Source of the DNA: Octopus sinensis | Taxonomy: Eukaryota | Length of the DNA stretch: 64,000 nt | Assembly: GCF_006345805.1 (NCBI RefSeq) | Contig: NC_043007.1 | Coordinates: forward strand, 8,370,001 to 8,434,000 | Reading direction: 5' to 3' | In this document: positions 1-13,002 of the stretch, piece by piece | How positions within the stretch are numbered: position 1 is the stretch's first letter | Layout of the letters: each line of letters opens with the position of its first letter | The notes under the pieces: generated by a model | The model's database searches: none | The model's input: the letters and a program-made list of their open reading frames with translations, nothing else | What the model was told of the DNA's origin: nothing | Program-made: the position numbers and the translations under genes

Positions 1-346
1 GTGCCTCCTCATCTCGGCATCATGAACCAGTATTGTAAAAGTGGCATCATTGGTTTCCAGAGTTCCATGAAAACATGTCCAGTTCTGAGGAAATATTAGT
101 TTGCTTGGAAACAAGCCAACTGAGGGTCGGTAGCAGTAAAGGAATCTGACTATAAAAATCCTACCTCAATGAATTCCGCTTGATTCGCATGAGCTTGGAA
201 AATGGACATCAAGACAATGACGATGAACCAGCATTAGTTTAGACTTCAAATATATGTTTAGGCTCAAACAACAACAACAACAATAAACAAACCAAAACTG
301 CATTGTTTAAAAAAAAAAAAAGGAATTAATGTGTGATAACACTTAC

Positions 347-439
347 ATGTAGATCATCAAACGATACTTTGGAAGGTTTTGGGACATTAGCCTTTAAATT
401 ATCACAATTCCAAACATGTAAACATTTCCCTATGTCAGT
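347..439 (-). CDS. UTP25: UTP25 coding exon 6 (gene continues beyond the window)
   Basis: tttcag acceptor and GTAAGT donor; 93 nt, TDIGKCLHVWNCDNLKANVPKPSKVSFDDLH, phase 0 to 0. Confidence 0.8.
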
Positions 440-1125
440 CTGAAATAGTTAAGAAACAATAATACAAAATTCCACAAGGAGAAACAGAAATATTTACAGC
501 ATTACATAAATTATTTTTCACCATATCTTTACATTTACCATTCCCAACAAGATTCCACAAATTCATATACGTCCATAAATAGAGAGACAGACAGACAAGT
601 GATGCATCATGGGTAATGATTTTGATGTACTTGTGTATATTATCATGATTGTAAAATATGTCCTTTAAGTTTTAAGAAACTCTTAGCTCCTTTGGTATGA
701 ACCTGTTTGAGACTGCCCTTGGTTTAATGATATAAATTTCCTATTACACAGTAATTTTAATTAAAATTCCCATCAATACGTTGTGTGAAGTTAGGTTTCA
801 AACACCAGGTTAATAAATAGTAAAATTATTCTACTGAATTCAATATTTTCAAAATTAACAAAAGTACTGTATTTCGACAGAAATATGGAAACAAAAGGGT
901 TAAAGAGTGGTTGGCACTTAACTCTGGTTTCACAGCACCAAACAGGTAAGAGACGAATCTCTTCTGAACAGGATACCAATCTGTCCAGTCTATGATACAA
1001 GTCACATCATCATTTAGCATCTACTTTTCCATGTTTGCATTGTCCAGAAAGAATTTGTTGAGGCAAAGTTTTCTATGGCCAGAAACCCTTCCTATTGTCA
1101 ACCCTCACCGGTTTTCAAGCAAGTA

Positions 1126-2300
1126 AAGTTTGCGAGTTTGGATATGTTGAGATGATTTTATCATGGCACCAGTACTAGAGCCATGTCTTTGACTATACTA
1201 CTTCCTCTCTTGACTCTGTTAGTTCAAGGTTGTGAGACGAAGAGGAGATGGCAGCGAGAAGAGAGAGTGATGTCAGCTGGACCAAGATGTGTGCACACAC
1301 GTGCACAGTTAAAAAAAAATTGCTTTTGATGAACTTTTTTTTTTCTTTTCGTGTGAGTGGTTAAATATGTTTTTTGCAGAATATTGGAAATGAATGACAC
1401 ATGTATGACAGTGATAAATATTATCCTGCTTGGAAACAGGAAGGACATCCATCTGTAGAAAATCTGCCTCAGCAAGTTCCACTTGACCCATGCAACCTTT
1501 TAAAAGTGGATATTAAAATGATGATGATGATGATGCTGTGAGGAGAAACAGTCTAATAGTTCACATAGAAACCTTCTCAGATAGAAACTATGTAGTTTGC
1601 AGTTTTCAGTTCCGTTCCTTTATTCTATAAGCCCAGATTCTGTTGAAGTTGCTTTTCGTGTCCTTTAATTTTTCGTTTTGCTATGGTTCAATCAGTGGAG
1701 AAAGGGGAGTGTCCATGCGATTTTTGAAAGGTCTCCAAGACAGGTGGGGAGGTCTAATTTGATTTCCTAAAATGGTGGGAAACTCCATTCAGGGCACTAA
1801 AAAGCCAGATAGCAGTGTTAAATTAAGTGATGATTAAATCTATACCACTGACAAATATCTGATAGGTTCTCACACATTTTCTGATAACCAAATTCCATTC
1901 CAAGGGCTTGAGTTGACTTCGGATTATGGTAGAAGCCATTTTACCCAAAGCACTGCACTGTGAGAACCCAGATCTCTTTTATTAAAAACAAACTTCTTTC
2001 CTACACAGCTATCTCTGCACCTGAAGGAGGTAATAAAATTAATACCATCCATGTACCAAGTTAAATCAATTAGGCGGAGTTTTCCCTTAAAAGCAAGAAA
2101 AGAAAAAAAAAAAAACTTCATTAAAAGCAACTTTTTTTTAACTGTGCACACATCTTGGTCCAGCTGACATCACTCTCTCTTCTCGCTGCCATCTCCTCTT
2201 CATCTCACAGAGTCAAGAGAGGAAGTAGTATAGTCAAAGACATAACTCTAGTATTGGTGCCATGATAAAATCATCTCAACATATCCAAACTCGCAAACTT
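1126..2300. mobile_element. Element or foldback with about 220-bp inverted arms
   Basis: 1126-1350 is the near-exact reverse complement of about 2095-2300; no TSD seen. Confidence 0.75.
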
Positions 2301-2736
2301 CGAGATAAGATTTTGGTACAAACCACTGTCTGTTACCTCTGGCACTGTTTTTAACGGCCATGTCCATGCGGCCCTCAGAGCAATGTTGTTGCTGACTGTT
2401 TAGCCCCCAGATCAAGCTAGCCTGAGCAGATCTACAAACAATTTCCAGTTATGATCATCACCACATCATATTTTTAGACATTATTCAACACATCCTTCCA
2501 TGATTTTCAGAATGAGATTTGGTTGCCATCTCTAGCCTGTCAAGTTGCTATGTGGCAGCCACAGAGCAACATAGTTTATTATTGTTAAACTGTGACAACA
2601 TGTAATTAAAAATAAAAAAAAGGGGTTAACTATAGGGGACAAATAACTCACCCCGGGAAAATTACGGAAACCACTGACACAAGAACTTGTAGCTAAGATA
2701 TGTGCCCCATGGAAGATAGAAATAACTTAACATTAC

Positions 2737-2828
2737 CCGTACAGTCTTCTTCTGCCAACCTTCACCAGCTTCTAATTTTTTAACAGAGGACTCTGGTATT
2801 AACTGTTCAAAGTGAACAATAAATGGAT
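2737..2828 (-). CDS. UTP25: UTP25 coding exon 5
   Basis: ttttctgtctag acceptor and GTAATG donor; DPFIVHFEQLIPESSVKKLEAGEGWQKKTVR matches the recalled DPFxxH motif that follows the acidic region of UTP25/DIEXF. Confidence 0.85.
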
Positions 2829-2979
2829 CTAGACAGAAAAAAGAAAAGCATTTTAACATCAAATCTTGTTTAAAATAAGTATGGACTAAAAGATTAGGTT
2901 ACTATGTTGTTTATTATTAATTCTTATTCATCCATTAAACTTTAGGCACATTTATTATTTACTGAAATACAAAGCTATG

Positions 2980-3940
2980 GAGCTAAGAAATCTGCTTCCC
3001 AACCACATGGTTTTGGGTTCAGTCCCACCAAGTGGTACCATAGGCAAGTTTCCTGTACGAAAGCCCTGGGCCATCCAAAGGCTTGAGCGGATAGATTTTG
3101 TTGGCTGGAACGGAGAGAAACCTGTCGTGAGTGTGGGTGTGTGGATGCATTTGTACCTCCTTGTCTTGACATTGAGTGATAGCTGTAAACAAGAGTCACT
3201 ACCACACAAGCAGTGTCGTTTGTTTTTAATCTTCCATGGAAACATATCTGGCCTTGGGGAAATGTTACCTTAGAAACAAATTTTATTCTAGGTGTTGCTT
3301 CCTAATCATGTGGTCTTGGGTTCAGTTCTAATACAGAGCACCTTGCACAAGCATTTTTCATTACAGCCCCAGGCTGACCGAAACTATAAAGAAGCCTGCT
3401 GTGGCCAGGCTGGAGCACCACCTCAAAGGGTGTTAGTCGAAGAAATCAACTCCAGAACTTATTCTATTGGTCTGTTTTGACGAACCACTAAGTTACAGAC
3501 ATAAGCACACCAGTATTAGCTGTCAAGCGATGGCGGGACACACACATGCAAACACATACACACATGACAGGCTTCTTCCAGTTTCCATCTATCAAATCCA
3601 CTTACAAGACTTTGGCCAAGCTGAGGCTATTGTAGAAGACACATGCCCAAGGTGCCACGGAGTGGGACTGAGCCTGGAACCATTTGGTTGATAAGCAACC
3701 TTCTTACCACACAGCCTATATATATATATATATGTGCATTTGTGTCTGTTTTTGTCCCACATTATGGCTTGACAGTTGGTGTTGGTTTGGTTATGTCCCC
3801 ATAACCTCTCAATTTTGCAAAAGAGAGCAATAAAACAAATACCAGGCTTAAAAATAAGTAACTGAGGCCGATTTGTTTGACTGAAACCCTCCAAAGCATT
3901 GCCCCAGCATGGCCACAGTTGAAAGACTGAAACAATAGAT
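2980..3940. mobile_element. Cluster of tRNA-headed SINE copies and fragments
   Basis: Repeated gggttcagtccca...gcaccttgggcaag head and ccagcatggccacag...gactgaaac tail, also seen at about 5148, 8867, 22840, 29715 and 51655. Confidence 0.7.
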
Positions 3941-4011
3941 AAAAAAACATGTGTGCCCAATGAGAGGAGTTAAAGAAGCACCAGCAGAAAGCAACCTCCT
4001 ACCTTTCCCAC

Positions 4012-5082
4012 CTGGGGTCACGTCAGGCATGGCTGGGTCTTCCAAATTGTTAGCCGGGTCATCACAGTCAGAATCATTTTCTGATGCACAGGAGTCATCG
4101 CTGCCATCACTTTCGGCCAAGACATCATCATCAGCATCATCACTATTTACATCTGTGTCATTTTCATCCTCTTCTGCACCACTGTCATCGTTTTCCTCCT
4201 CCTCCCCATCTGCCTCAACACTGCCAGCTTCTTCCTCCACTTCCCCGTCCTCATCTCCCTCAACACTACCAGCTTCCTCATCTGCTGTATCACCACCAGC
4301 CTCTTCTTCCTCATCTGCCACATCACTACCAGCTTCTTCCTCCTCTGCTGTATCACCACTAGCCTCTTCCTCCTCATCAGCCACATCACTACCAGCCTCT
4401 TCCTCATCTGCTACATCACTTCCAGCTTCTTCCTCATCTGCCACATCACTACCAGCCTCTTCCTCCTCATCAGCCACATCACTACCAGCCTCTTCCTCCT
4501 CATCAGCCACATCACTACCAGCCTCTTCCTCCTCATCAGCCACATCACTACCAGCCTCTTCCTCCTCATCAGCCACATCACTACCAGCCTCTTCCTCATC
4601 TGCTACATCACTTCCAGCTTCTTCCTCCTCATCACTACCAGCCTCTCCCTCCTCCCCTTCTTCCTCATCTGCCACATCACTACCAACTTCTTCATCCTCT
4701 TCTTCCTCATCTGCCACATCACTACCAACTTCCTCCTCCTCTCCTACCACATCACTACCAGCTTCCTCCTCCCCTGCTACATCACTTCCAGCCTCTTCCT
4801 CCTCCCCTTCTTCATCAGCCACATCACTACCAGCTTCCTCCTCCTCTTCTTCCTCATCTGCCACATCACTACCAGCTTCTTCATCCTCATCTGCCACATC
4901 ACTACCAACTTCTTCATCCTCTTCTTCCTCATCTACCACATCACTACCAACTTCCTCCTCTTCTCCTACCACATCACTACCAGATTCTTCATCTGCATCC
5001 TCCTCTGCCTCTCCACTATCATCATGCTCTTCTGCTTCTTCATCCTCTGGCTCTGAATCCTCTTCAGTTTCCCCATCAGAAT
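4012..5082 (-). CDS. UTP25: UTP25 coding exon 4, about 357 aa acidic tandem-repeat exon
   Basis: ttttttag acceptor at 5083-5084; open frame HSDGETEEDSEP...(EEEAGSDVAD)n...DVTP, phase 1 to 1. Donor is either GTGGGA (exon ends 4012) or GTAGGA 9 nt further on (ends 4003). Confidence 0.8.
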
Positions 5083-5309
5083 CTAAAAAAAAGAAAAAGA
5101 AAAAAGACCATCAAAACCTGCAAAAATAAAGATTTCTGATGCACAAGGCATGGGTGTGGCTGTGTGGTTAAGAACTTAGCTTCCTAACCACATGGCATTT
5201 GGATTCAAACTTACCTGGCACCTTGGGCAAGTCTCTTGTCCTACAACCCCAGGAAAACAAAGCCTCGAGTGGATTTAGTTCACAGAAACTGAAAGATGCT
5301 CACCACACA

Positions 5310-5350
<41 letters not shown>

Positions 5351-5605
5351 TACATACATACATACAACCCTTGATTCAATAACACTAAGTATAAACTGTA
5401 TACTTGGAATGACCAATTTTAAATACTATTAGATTTTACTCATAAGGTATTGGAATCTTATATGTATACCTTTCTGCCTAAAAAAATGGATCTACAAATG
5501 CAATATCCCTACATATGTCACATCTATTTTCTTTTATTTCCTCCACCTCACTCTCTATTTTATATCTTATCCAAATAAACTATTTCTTAACCATCCTCTC
5601 ACACC

Positions 5606-5653
5606 GTCTCTGATGAAGGGATATAATAAATATCTTGGAAACGGCTGTAAGAC
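5606..5653 (+). ncRNA. Minimal type I hammerhead ribozyme motif (Penelope-like)
   Basis: gtct-CTGATGA-agggata/tatctt stem-GAAAC-ggct-GTA-agac; stem I is gtct/agac. Confidence 0.65.
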
Positions 5654-6223
5654 CATCTACCTATAAATGTTCTAAAATCTACACAGCCTTGGTTTTTTTT
5701 ATCTCATTACAAAAAAATTTATACATACATACATGCATATATATATATATATAGTTGTTATTATGCAAAAGTGTCCTAAGTTCAAAACGTTGCTTTTTCA
5801 AAAGACGAAACAATAGTTTCACCATTCCGTTTCTTTTTACATTAGCAACAATTTCAGCTGAACTTTGTTGGGGGCATAAAATCGTAACTCCATGCATGAA
5901 TGATATTTTCAGTCAGAAATATTTTTGCAAAACTGTCATATGTGGGACTTACTACACTCTTGAAAAATGCTAAACTGTTGCACTACACTTTGACAACTTT
6001 TGATATCTTGGCATCTGAAGCAGCCAGAGATACAATAGTTTGACCAAAAGAAGCAGCTATTGCAAGCAAAATTAAATATCAACTCACTCCCTCCCCAAAA
6101 CTTGCTGGCCTTGGGTCAAAAATTTGCTTCAACAAACTCTGTCTGATCCACACAAGAATGGAAGTTGATGACACAATATACACAGAAATATCACCAGTAT
6201 CACAATAATGTGTTTCCATGCTG

Positions 6224-6278
6224 ACACAGGTAAGACAGGTAAGACAGGTAAGACAGGTAAGACAGGTAAGACAGGCAA
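6224..6278. repeat. 9-bp tandem repeat (ACAGGTAAG)n
   Basis: About six copies directly visible. Confidence 0.9.
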
Positions 6279-6761
6279 GGCAGCATCCAACAGGTCCAAG
6301 AACACCATCGTTTCTACAACCAGATGCCCTTCCTAGAGCCAACAACCTTACAGAATGGACTGGGGGCTTCTTTTTTTTTTTTTGTAATACCGGTACTACC
6401 CAAGTCGCCATGCAACTTGTAAGACGACGATCCCCTTTGCACTGAGTAAAGGAGAAGGTGGGTCTACACTAAGAGATGAGGAGTCATTATGCAAGAGAAA
6501 GAGGGCCAGAACAGATTTCTTTTTGTAGAGGAACTGGGAAGGGCTGGAAGGAGATAAAATAGTAATAGTGAGGTTGGGGGGGGGGGGTGAAAGGTTTTAT
6601 ACTTCATAAATAGGAATTCCAAGGAATCATTACCAACATGTGCTTAAAAGAAATCACACATAGCACCTGGAAATTAATAGTTGTTGGCATAAATACAACA
6701 TTATGCAAAATTGGTTTTATAGTTCTATATTTCAGAGATGAGAAATTATGCACATTATTTA

Positions 6762-7224
6762 CATTATTTACATTTGACGGATATTTGTCCTCATCTTATT
6801 TGGTGTTAACACGTTTCGGCTGATATACCCTCCAGCCTTCATCAGGTGTCTTGGGGAAATTTTGAACCTGGGTTCTCATTCCTAAGGTATTTTTCAATGT
6901 TACTGTTATTATTAATCTAATATTTTTCCTATCCTTTCTTAATACTGATTCCCATAGATTTATAAACCCCACAAAATTCACTCCATAATTGCTCACGGGC
7001 ATACGGCGTAGTGGTTAAGAGTGCGGACTACAAACCCCAAGATTCCGAATCCGATTCCAGGCAGTGACCTGAATAATAACAACAACATCGAAAAATACCC
7101 TAGGAATGAGAACCCAGGTTTGAAATTTTCCCAAGACACCTGATGAAGGCTGGAGGGTATATCAGCCAAAACGTGTTTACAACAAACAAGATGAGGACAA
7201 ATATCTGTCAAATGTAAATAATGA
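6762..7224. mobile_element. Inverted pair of Penelope-like terminal repeats with hammerhead-like cores and a tRNA-derived head
   Basis: 6762-6915 is the reverse complement of 7073-7224. The minus arm has CTGATGA-ggctg/cagcc-GAAAC; the plus arm has AAAAC instead. tRNA-like sequence at 6998-7070. Confidence 0.65.
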
Positions 7225-7686
7225 AAATTGGTTATATTGGGTAATTAGGAAATGATTGTAAACAAATGATTTAATCACTCCATTCTTTGATATTTGTCAT
7301 TTTACACACACACATATATATATACAGACACACATACTTCAATCTACCAGTACCTTCCACTGACCATTCTCCTACGCACATGGGTAGGCAGACACAAGAG
7401 TCACTCCTACTTCATTCTTCCTTGACCTTAAACGATACTAAGCCCAACCACAAACATAGATTAACAGCAACAACCACACACACACACACGTGCTATCATT
7501 ACACACATACACACACACAGACCCGCATGTGCACGCACATATCCACACTTACACACACACACTCTGTCTTTGAAAGAAATTTTTCTTCACCCATTCCCTT
7601 CCGGTCATTCAAAATGTGACCGTGTGTGTATCGCTGGCGATTTTTTTCCTCCGTTCTCCCTTCCTTGGATCTTTCCTTTTCCTTTG

Positions 7687-7719
7687 TTTCTGATGAAGAG
7701 CTCCGCTTGAAACGTTAAA
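7687..7719 (+). ncRNA. Minimal hammerhead motif in a Penelope-like repeat
   Basis: ttt-CTGATGA-a-gagc/gctt-GAAAC-GTT-aaa, with palindromic AACGTT in place of stem III. Confidence 0.55.
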
Positions 7720-7819
7720 TCCTCCTTGTTTCTTTTCTTTCCTGAGCATTCAATAACACTATACTTGTTCTACGTCCTCGCGTTGTTGTGTTTTCATGTT
7801 TGGATTAACTATATATATA

Positions 7820-7867
<48 letters not shown>

Positions 7868-8866
7868 GAGTATATAAGGATAACTTATCAAGGTGGGTAT
7901 TGTATGAGCACTCAATTATAATCCATGTTCCAGATAACCACTTTGAGTAGTGAGGATTACCTAGGATTACTGAGGGTGAGCAATCCCACTGTAATCCATC
8001 CTGAGTTCACTGGATTATGAATATTTGGGGAGTGTAAATCCAAGATAATTACAATGAATACGGAGACTGGTACATGTGCATATTTTTTGCTCTTATTTTT
8101 ACAGCTTAAATCGTTTACATATGACCGACACGTGTTTCTGCTGCATAGAGAATTAGCAATGACATTTGCATCCGTCTATTTCTAATTCTGCACCTTTACT
8201 TAAGGTCTGTCAACAGACCTTGAATGTGGTTTGAAGTGAACTTCGTGTGGTTAACATAGGTTACAATGGTTTTTAGACAGACAAAAAGAAAGGGACGGGG
8301 AAACGAAGACATCCGATACGGCGATAGAAATGACTGCGTGACTGACCTCATCCCAACCTTAAGTAGCAATCAATATTCTCATTAAATCGAAATATCTTTT
8401 TTATAAATCATAGCATGCAGAAACAGCATATTATCTAAAACTCGTTTACACACAGAATTTTCAAATTGCCATCATAAATTAGTTCCTTATAACACACATC
8501 TAATTTAATTTGATTTTATTTCACTTCATTTAGTACCCAGCTGTTGTACAAAACATTGAGAAATACACTTTGACCTACTTAAGCATCTAAGACTCTCAAT
8601 TGCAAACTCAAGTTTGTCTTACGTATATATAGTTTAAATTTAAGGAAAACAAAGGACGAAGACAGGTGAGGGAACAACAAGCAAGTGTATTAGATTGATT
8701 GCTTGGGAAAAATGAGAAAGTCTTTGATGTTTTGAGCCTACGTTTTTGAGACAGAAAGGGTTGAGAAGAAAAAAGTGCACAAGTGTGCGTGTTTGTGCAA
8801 ATGTTTTTGTGAGTGAGCTTAAAATTACGTGCCTTTGTGTGTGTGTGTATATGATATATACATATA

Positions 8867-9255
8867 TAGGCGCAGGAGTGCCTGTGTAGTAAGTAGCTTG
8901 CTTACCAACCACACAGTTCGGGGTTCAATCCCACTGTGTGGCACCTTGGGCAAGTGTCTTCTACTATAGCCTTGGGCCAACAAAAGCCTTGTGAGTGGAT
9001 TTGGTAGACGGAAACTGAAAGAAGCCTGTCGTATATATATGTGCGTGTGTTGTGTGTATTTGCCCTCCCACCACCACCACCATCACTTAACAAACGATGT
9101 TGGTGTGTTTACGTCCCCGTAAATTTAGCAGTTCGGCAAAAGAAACCGATAGAATAAGTACTAGGCTTACAAAGAATAAGTTCAGGGTTTGATTTGTTCG
9201 ACTAAAGGTGGTGCTCCAGCATGGCCAGAGTCAAATGACTGAAACAAATAAAAGT
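8867..9255 (+). mobile_element. Near full-length tRNA-derived SINE
   Basis: tRNA-like head with a B-box-like ggttcaatccc, a body shared with other copies, and an A-rich end. Confidence 0.75.
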
Positions 9256-9262
9256 ATATATA

Positions 9263-9750
9263 TCATCATCATCATCGTTTAATGTCCGCTTTCCATGCTA
9301 GCATAGATTGGACGATTTTGACTGAGGGCTGGTGAGCCAGATGGCTGCACCAGGCTCCAATCTTGATCTGGCAGAGTTTCTACAGCTGGATGCCCTTCCT
9401 AATGCCAACCACTCCGAGAGTGTAGTGGGTGCTTTCTACATGCCACCGGCAAGAAGGCCAGTCAGGCGGTACTGGCAATGACCTCGGTCGAATCTTTTTA
9501 CACATGCCAGTGAAGCGACGTTGGTAACGATCACGCTCGAATGGTGCCCCTTTACGTGCCACGGGTACGGAAGCCAGTTGGCTGCTCTGGCAACGATCAC
9601 GCTCGGATGGTGTTCTTGGCACCCTACTAGCACAGGCATAAGTGCCAGTAAGGCGACGCTGGTAACGATCATACTCGAATAGCCGCTCTGTCAACGATCA
9701 CACTCGTATGGTGCTCTTTGCACCCCGCTAGCACAAATGCCAGTCATCGA
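9263..9750 (-). mobile_element. RTE-LINE 3' UTR-type repeat with a (GAT)n tail
   Basis: Same sequence as the 3' UTR attached to the RTE coding remnant at 24957-25589; contains several roughly 60-bp subrepeats. Confidence 0.75.
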
Positions 9751-10199
9751 ATAAACACACACACATGCACACACATATATATATATATACATGCATACAT
9801 ATATATATAGACATAAGTAAATCTAAATATAGGGTAAAAATTAAATATTATTTCTTACTAGTGGTCAGTGTGAGTAAAAATGTCCGTAGACTGCAAATAT
9901 TATATGTGTGTATAAAAATTATAGATGAAGGGGAAAGCCACTGAGTGGTTTTCCAACATGCTAGAAATAGGAGTTAAATCCCTAACCTCATTTCAGCACG
10001 TTGAATATAGGCAGGCAGGACAATTTGAGAGAATTCAAAAATAATTAGCTATCCCCTTACTTCAAACTTTTGCCCTTAACAACTAAGAATGATTGAAGCC
10101 ACTTTTCCCCTTGTGCAAGATAATATATATATATATATTATATTATATTACATGTGTGTATAAAAATATACACAAGGAGAAAAGGGGATTCGAAGACCT

Positions 10200-10645
10200 G
10201 ACAAATGAAGTGAGTTCATGGCTCGCAGGACAGCCTGCTGTGCTGACCTTGGATCGTAGAGTGACCCCCTGTTCTTGAGGAGACCTGTTGAGTCAAGTTC
10301 ATCAACATCAAAAATTCGAATGGTGATTGTAGTTAAGACACCAGTGCTGGTGACACGTAAAAGCACCGTTCGAGCGTGGCAGTTACTAGCATCCGTGTCG
10401 GTGACACGTAAAATCACCAACCGATCATGGACATTTGCCAGCCTGCTCTGGCTCCTGTGCCGGTGGCACATAAAAAACACCCACTACACTCACGGAGTGG
10501 TTGGCGTTAGGAAGGGCATCCAGCTGTAGAAACACTGCCAAATCAGACTGGAGCCTGGTGCAGCCTCCATGGCTTACCAGACCCCGGTCGAATCGTCCAA
10601 CCCATGCTAGCATGGAAAACAGACGTTAAATGATGATGATGATGA
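10200..10645 (+). mobile_element. RTE-LINE 3' UTR-type repeat
   Basis: Ends with ccaacccatgctagcatggaaaacagacgttaaa(tga)n. Confidence 0.75.
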
Positions 10646-10932
10646 TATATATTATATTACAACGACCTCGAACACACAAGAGTAAACAAAAGAAACAGAG
10701 ACAGGCAGAAACAAGGAAAATGTCACTTGTATTTGAACACTATACAAATATTCTTTTTAAAAAACTTTTCTTTTATCATCATCGTTTAACGTCAATTGTT
10801 ACAGTTGAAAAAGTCTCAATGACTGAAACCAGAACTGAAATGTTTTTTATAAAATTATTTTAGCATTTCCTATCTTGACTTTTTTTTCCATATGTATATA
10901 TATATATTTATATACACACATATACACACACA

Positions 10933-12720
10933 CTAGCTGATTGACCCAGCATTGCTTGGGTTACTGCCGTCCTTATTCAGATTAGGAAACACATATAAAG
11001 AAATATTTTCATAATTATTTCAAAATATCTATATTTCATTTAAAAATATCCAAATTGTAGAATTTCAAACTGAAAATCTGTCAATGTAGAAGCAGCTCAG
11101 GGTAAACACTGTTCATTGGGTAATTTTTTGTTGGTCTCAAGATGAATAAATTGTTGCTGCTTCCAACTCACAAGCAAGCAACATAGAGTTGGCCATGGGA
11201 GGAGCATGTAGTAGAGAGATCAAGTCCAACTACCTTGAGGGATTGACCCTGAGATTTGTTGATTGAAATAACAAAACTTAGTTTGATTGGAAATGGAAAT
11301 GGTATGAGAGGAATTTTTGGAATAAAGACATTCTCTCCTTTGTTATGATTGTTGCCTCTAGGACATGTGGCTTCATGGAAATAACAATTACACAGGTGAG
11401 ATGGGTCAAGATTCTTAAGCAACGTAATGGGAGCACCCAGTTTTATTGTCAAGTTATGAGGTGGCATCCCAGTGGATTTAAGTGGGTTCAGAAATCCAAC
11501 AGGGTATTGAACAATCTGATTTTGATCAACTGTTGTCAATTGATTGAAAAGTCATTTATGATGTATTTGTTAACTTTTGAAGAAGTTTATGATTGAGTTT
11601 ATCAACCAATTCCTTAGTTGGAGCTAATAAAAGCTCTTTCACATAATTAGGAAACACTTTAGCCATAAGATCCGTAAGAGAAAGTATCAATTCACCGCAT
11701 GTAATTTCACAGAGCTGAAGTCTTGAGTTGAATGTTAATATCCCGTTACCAATCTTAAGAACCAATCATCTTGTAGAAGTACTCCGATGTTGCTTGTAAG
11801 ATGAAGTCTTTTCACGTGTCTCCAAATGTACGATTTTTTTTTTAAGCTTTTGATTCTTGGGGACAACTGGCAACGTCTGATGAAAATCCCCTGCAAGAAG
11901 AACTGTTACTCCTCCCATGAGCATGCTATTGTTCTTTTATGTCTCAGAGGATACGGTCAAGTAACTCTGGTGCTCCACGATGCACTCATCCCAAACAATG
12001 AGACAAGCTTGTTGGAGGAACTGTTGCCATTGCAGAGTTTTGGGAAATGATGCACGTATGAGATTCTTTCATTGCAAGGTTTAGAGGGAGCTTGAACATG
12101 GAATGAGCAGTTCTTCCCCCAGTTGAGGAGGGTAGCTGCAATACCAGAAGATGCAACACTGGAAGAAGGTTAGATTTTATTTCCACCCGTTTAAGATTGC
12201 AGGTGAAAGTGACAAAAAGATCTGCTTTTCCATTTGTCCTGGCAAATGTCATAGCATCTTGTGTTTGTTCATGCATATATCAAGGACCACCTGTGAATGA
12301 TGATGGGAAGATTATGAGTTGCCCCACGTTTTGAATACCACCATCTGTCCTTTAGCCCTTAACTATTTTTTGATTGTGGTGAATGTAGAGTAGACGCTGA
12401 CTCTCACCTTCAGCATAGACATCAACCAGGTATTGCTGAAATCAATACAGGTGTAATTGATTTGAATGTTCTGGTCTTAACATCAATTGTTAAGAATAGA
12501 AGGCATTCGATGACCCCCTTTTTTGTCTGTAATTGACTCTCCTGTTGCAGGTTCAATCTGTGGAATATTGAAATGACACCCATCTTGCCCATTCCACAGA
12601 ATAAGAGGAAACTGCAGAGCATCATAGGAGGGATGAGTCTCTGAAACATGCTTAAGGCAATAATGAGAATGTCACGATTTTCGTGGGGATCACCTACCAT
12701 AACGAAGGCTTCTTCATTAG
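10933..12720 (-). mobile_element. Degenerate, internally deleted Helitron
   Basis: PIF1-type helicase remnants (GMPPHNLTIKLGAPITLLKNL; ISINKSQGQSLKVVGLDL; HGQLYVA) and a Rep remnant (QDAM...DLFVTFTCN). The 3' end has a hairpin plus CTAG followed by T at 10933. The 5' boundary is approximate. Confidence 0.88.
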
Positions 12721-13002
12721 ATGTGAGCTCACTAAAACGGCACAAAATGTCCTTTACTATGGTTTACTATAAATGTAATGAATGCGGAAACACACACAGA
12801 CACACAGACACTCATGAAATCGATAATACTGAAAACAGCAAAACGTACACACACAAAGTTCAAGCGAAATGAAATGTAGTCAATATAGGTGCAAAACATA
12901 CTTTCTGTGGCATAGTTATGCTATAAAAACATCTTTTAGGGAATATTTCCAAAAGAAATATTCCAGCATTGGAAAGTCACCAATTTAGCAAAAATTACTA
13001 AT

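Noticed and set aside
3951-5129. 392-aa Ser-rich plus-strand ORF
   Set aside because: Antisense shadow of the acidic repeat exon; the splice sites and phases support the minus strand.
6998-7070. Possible tRNA gene
   Set aside because: The T-arm and acceptor stem are degenerate and it is fused to repeat sequence, so it is treated as a SINE-type head.
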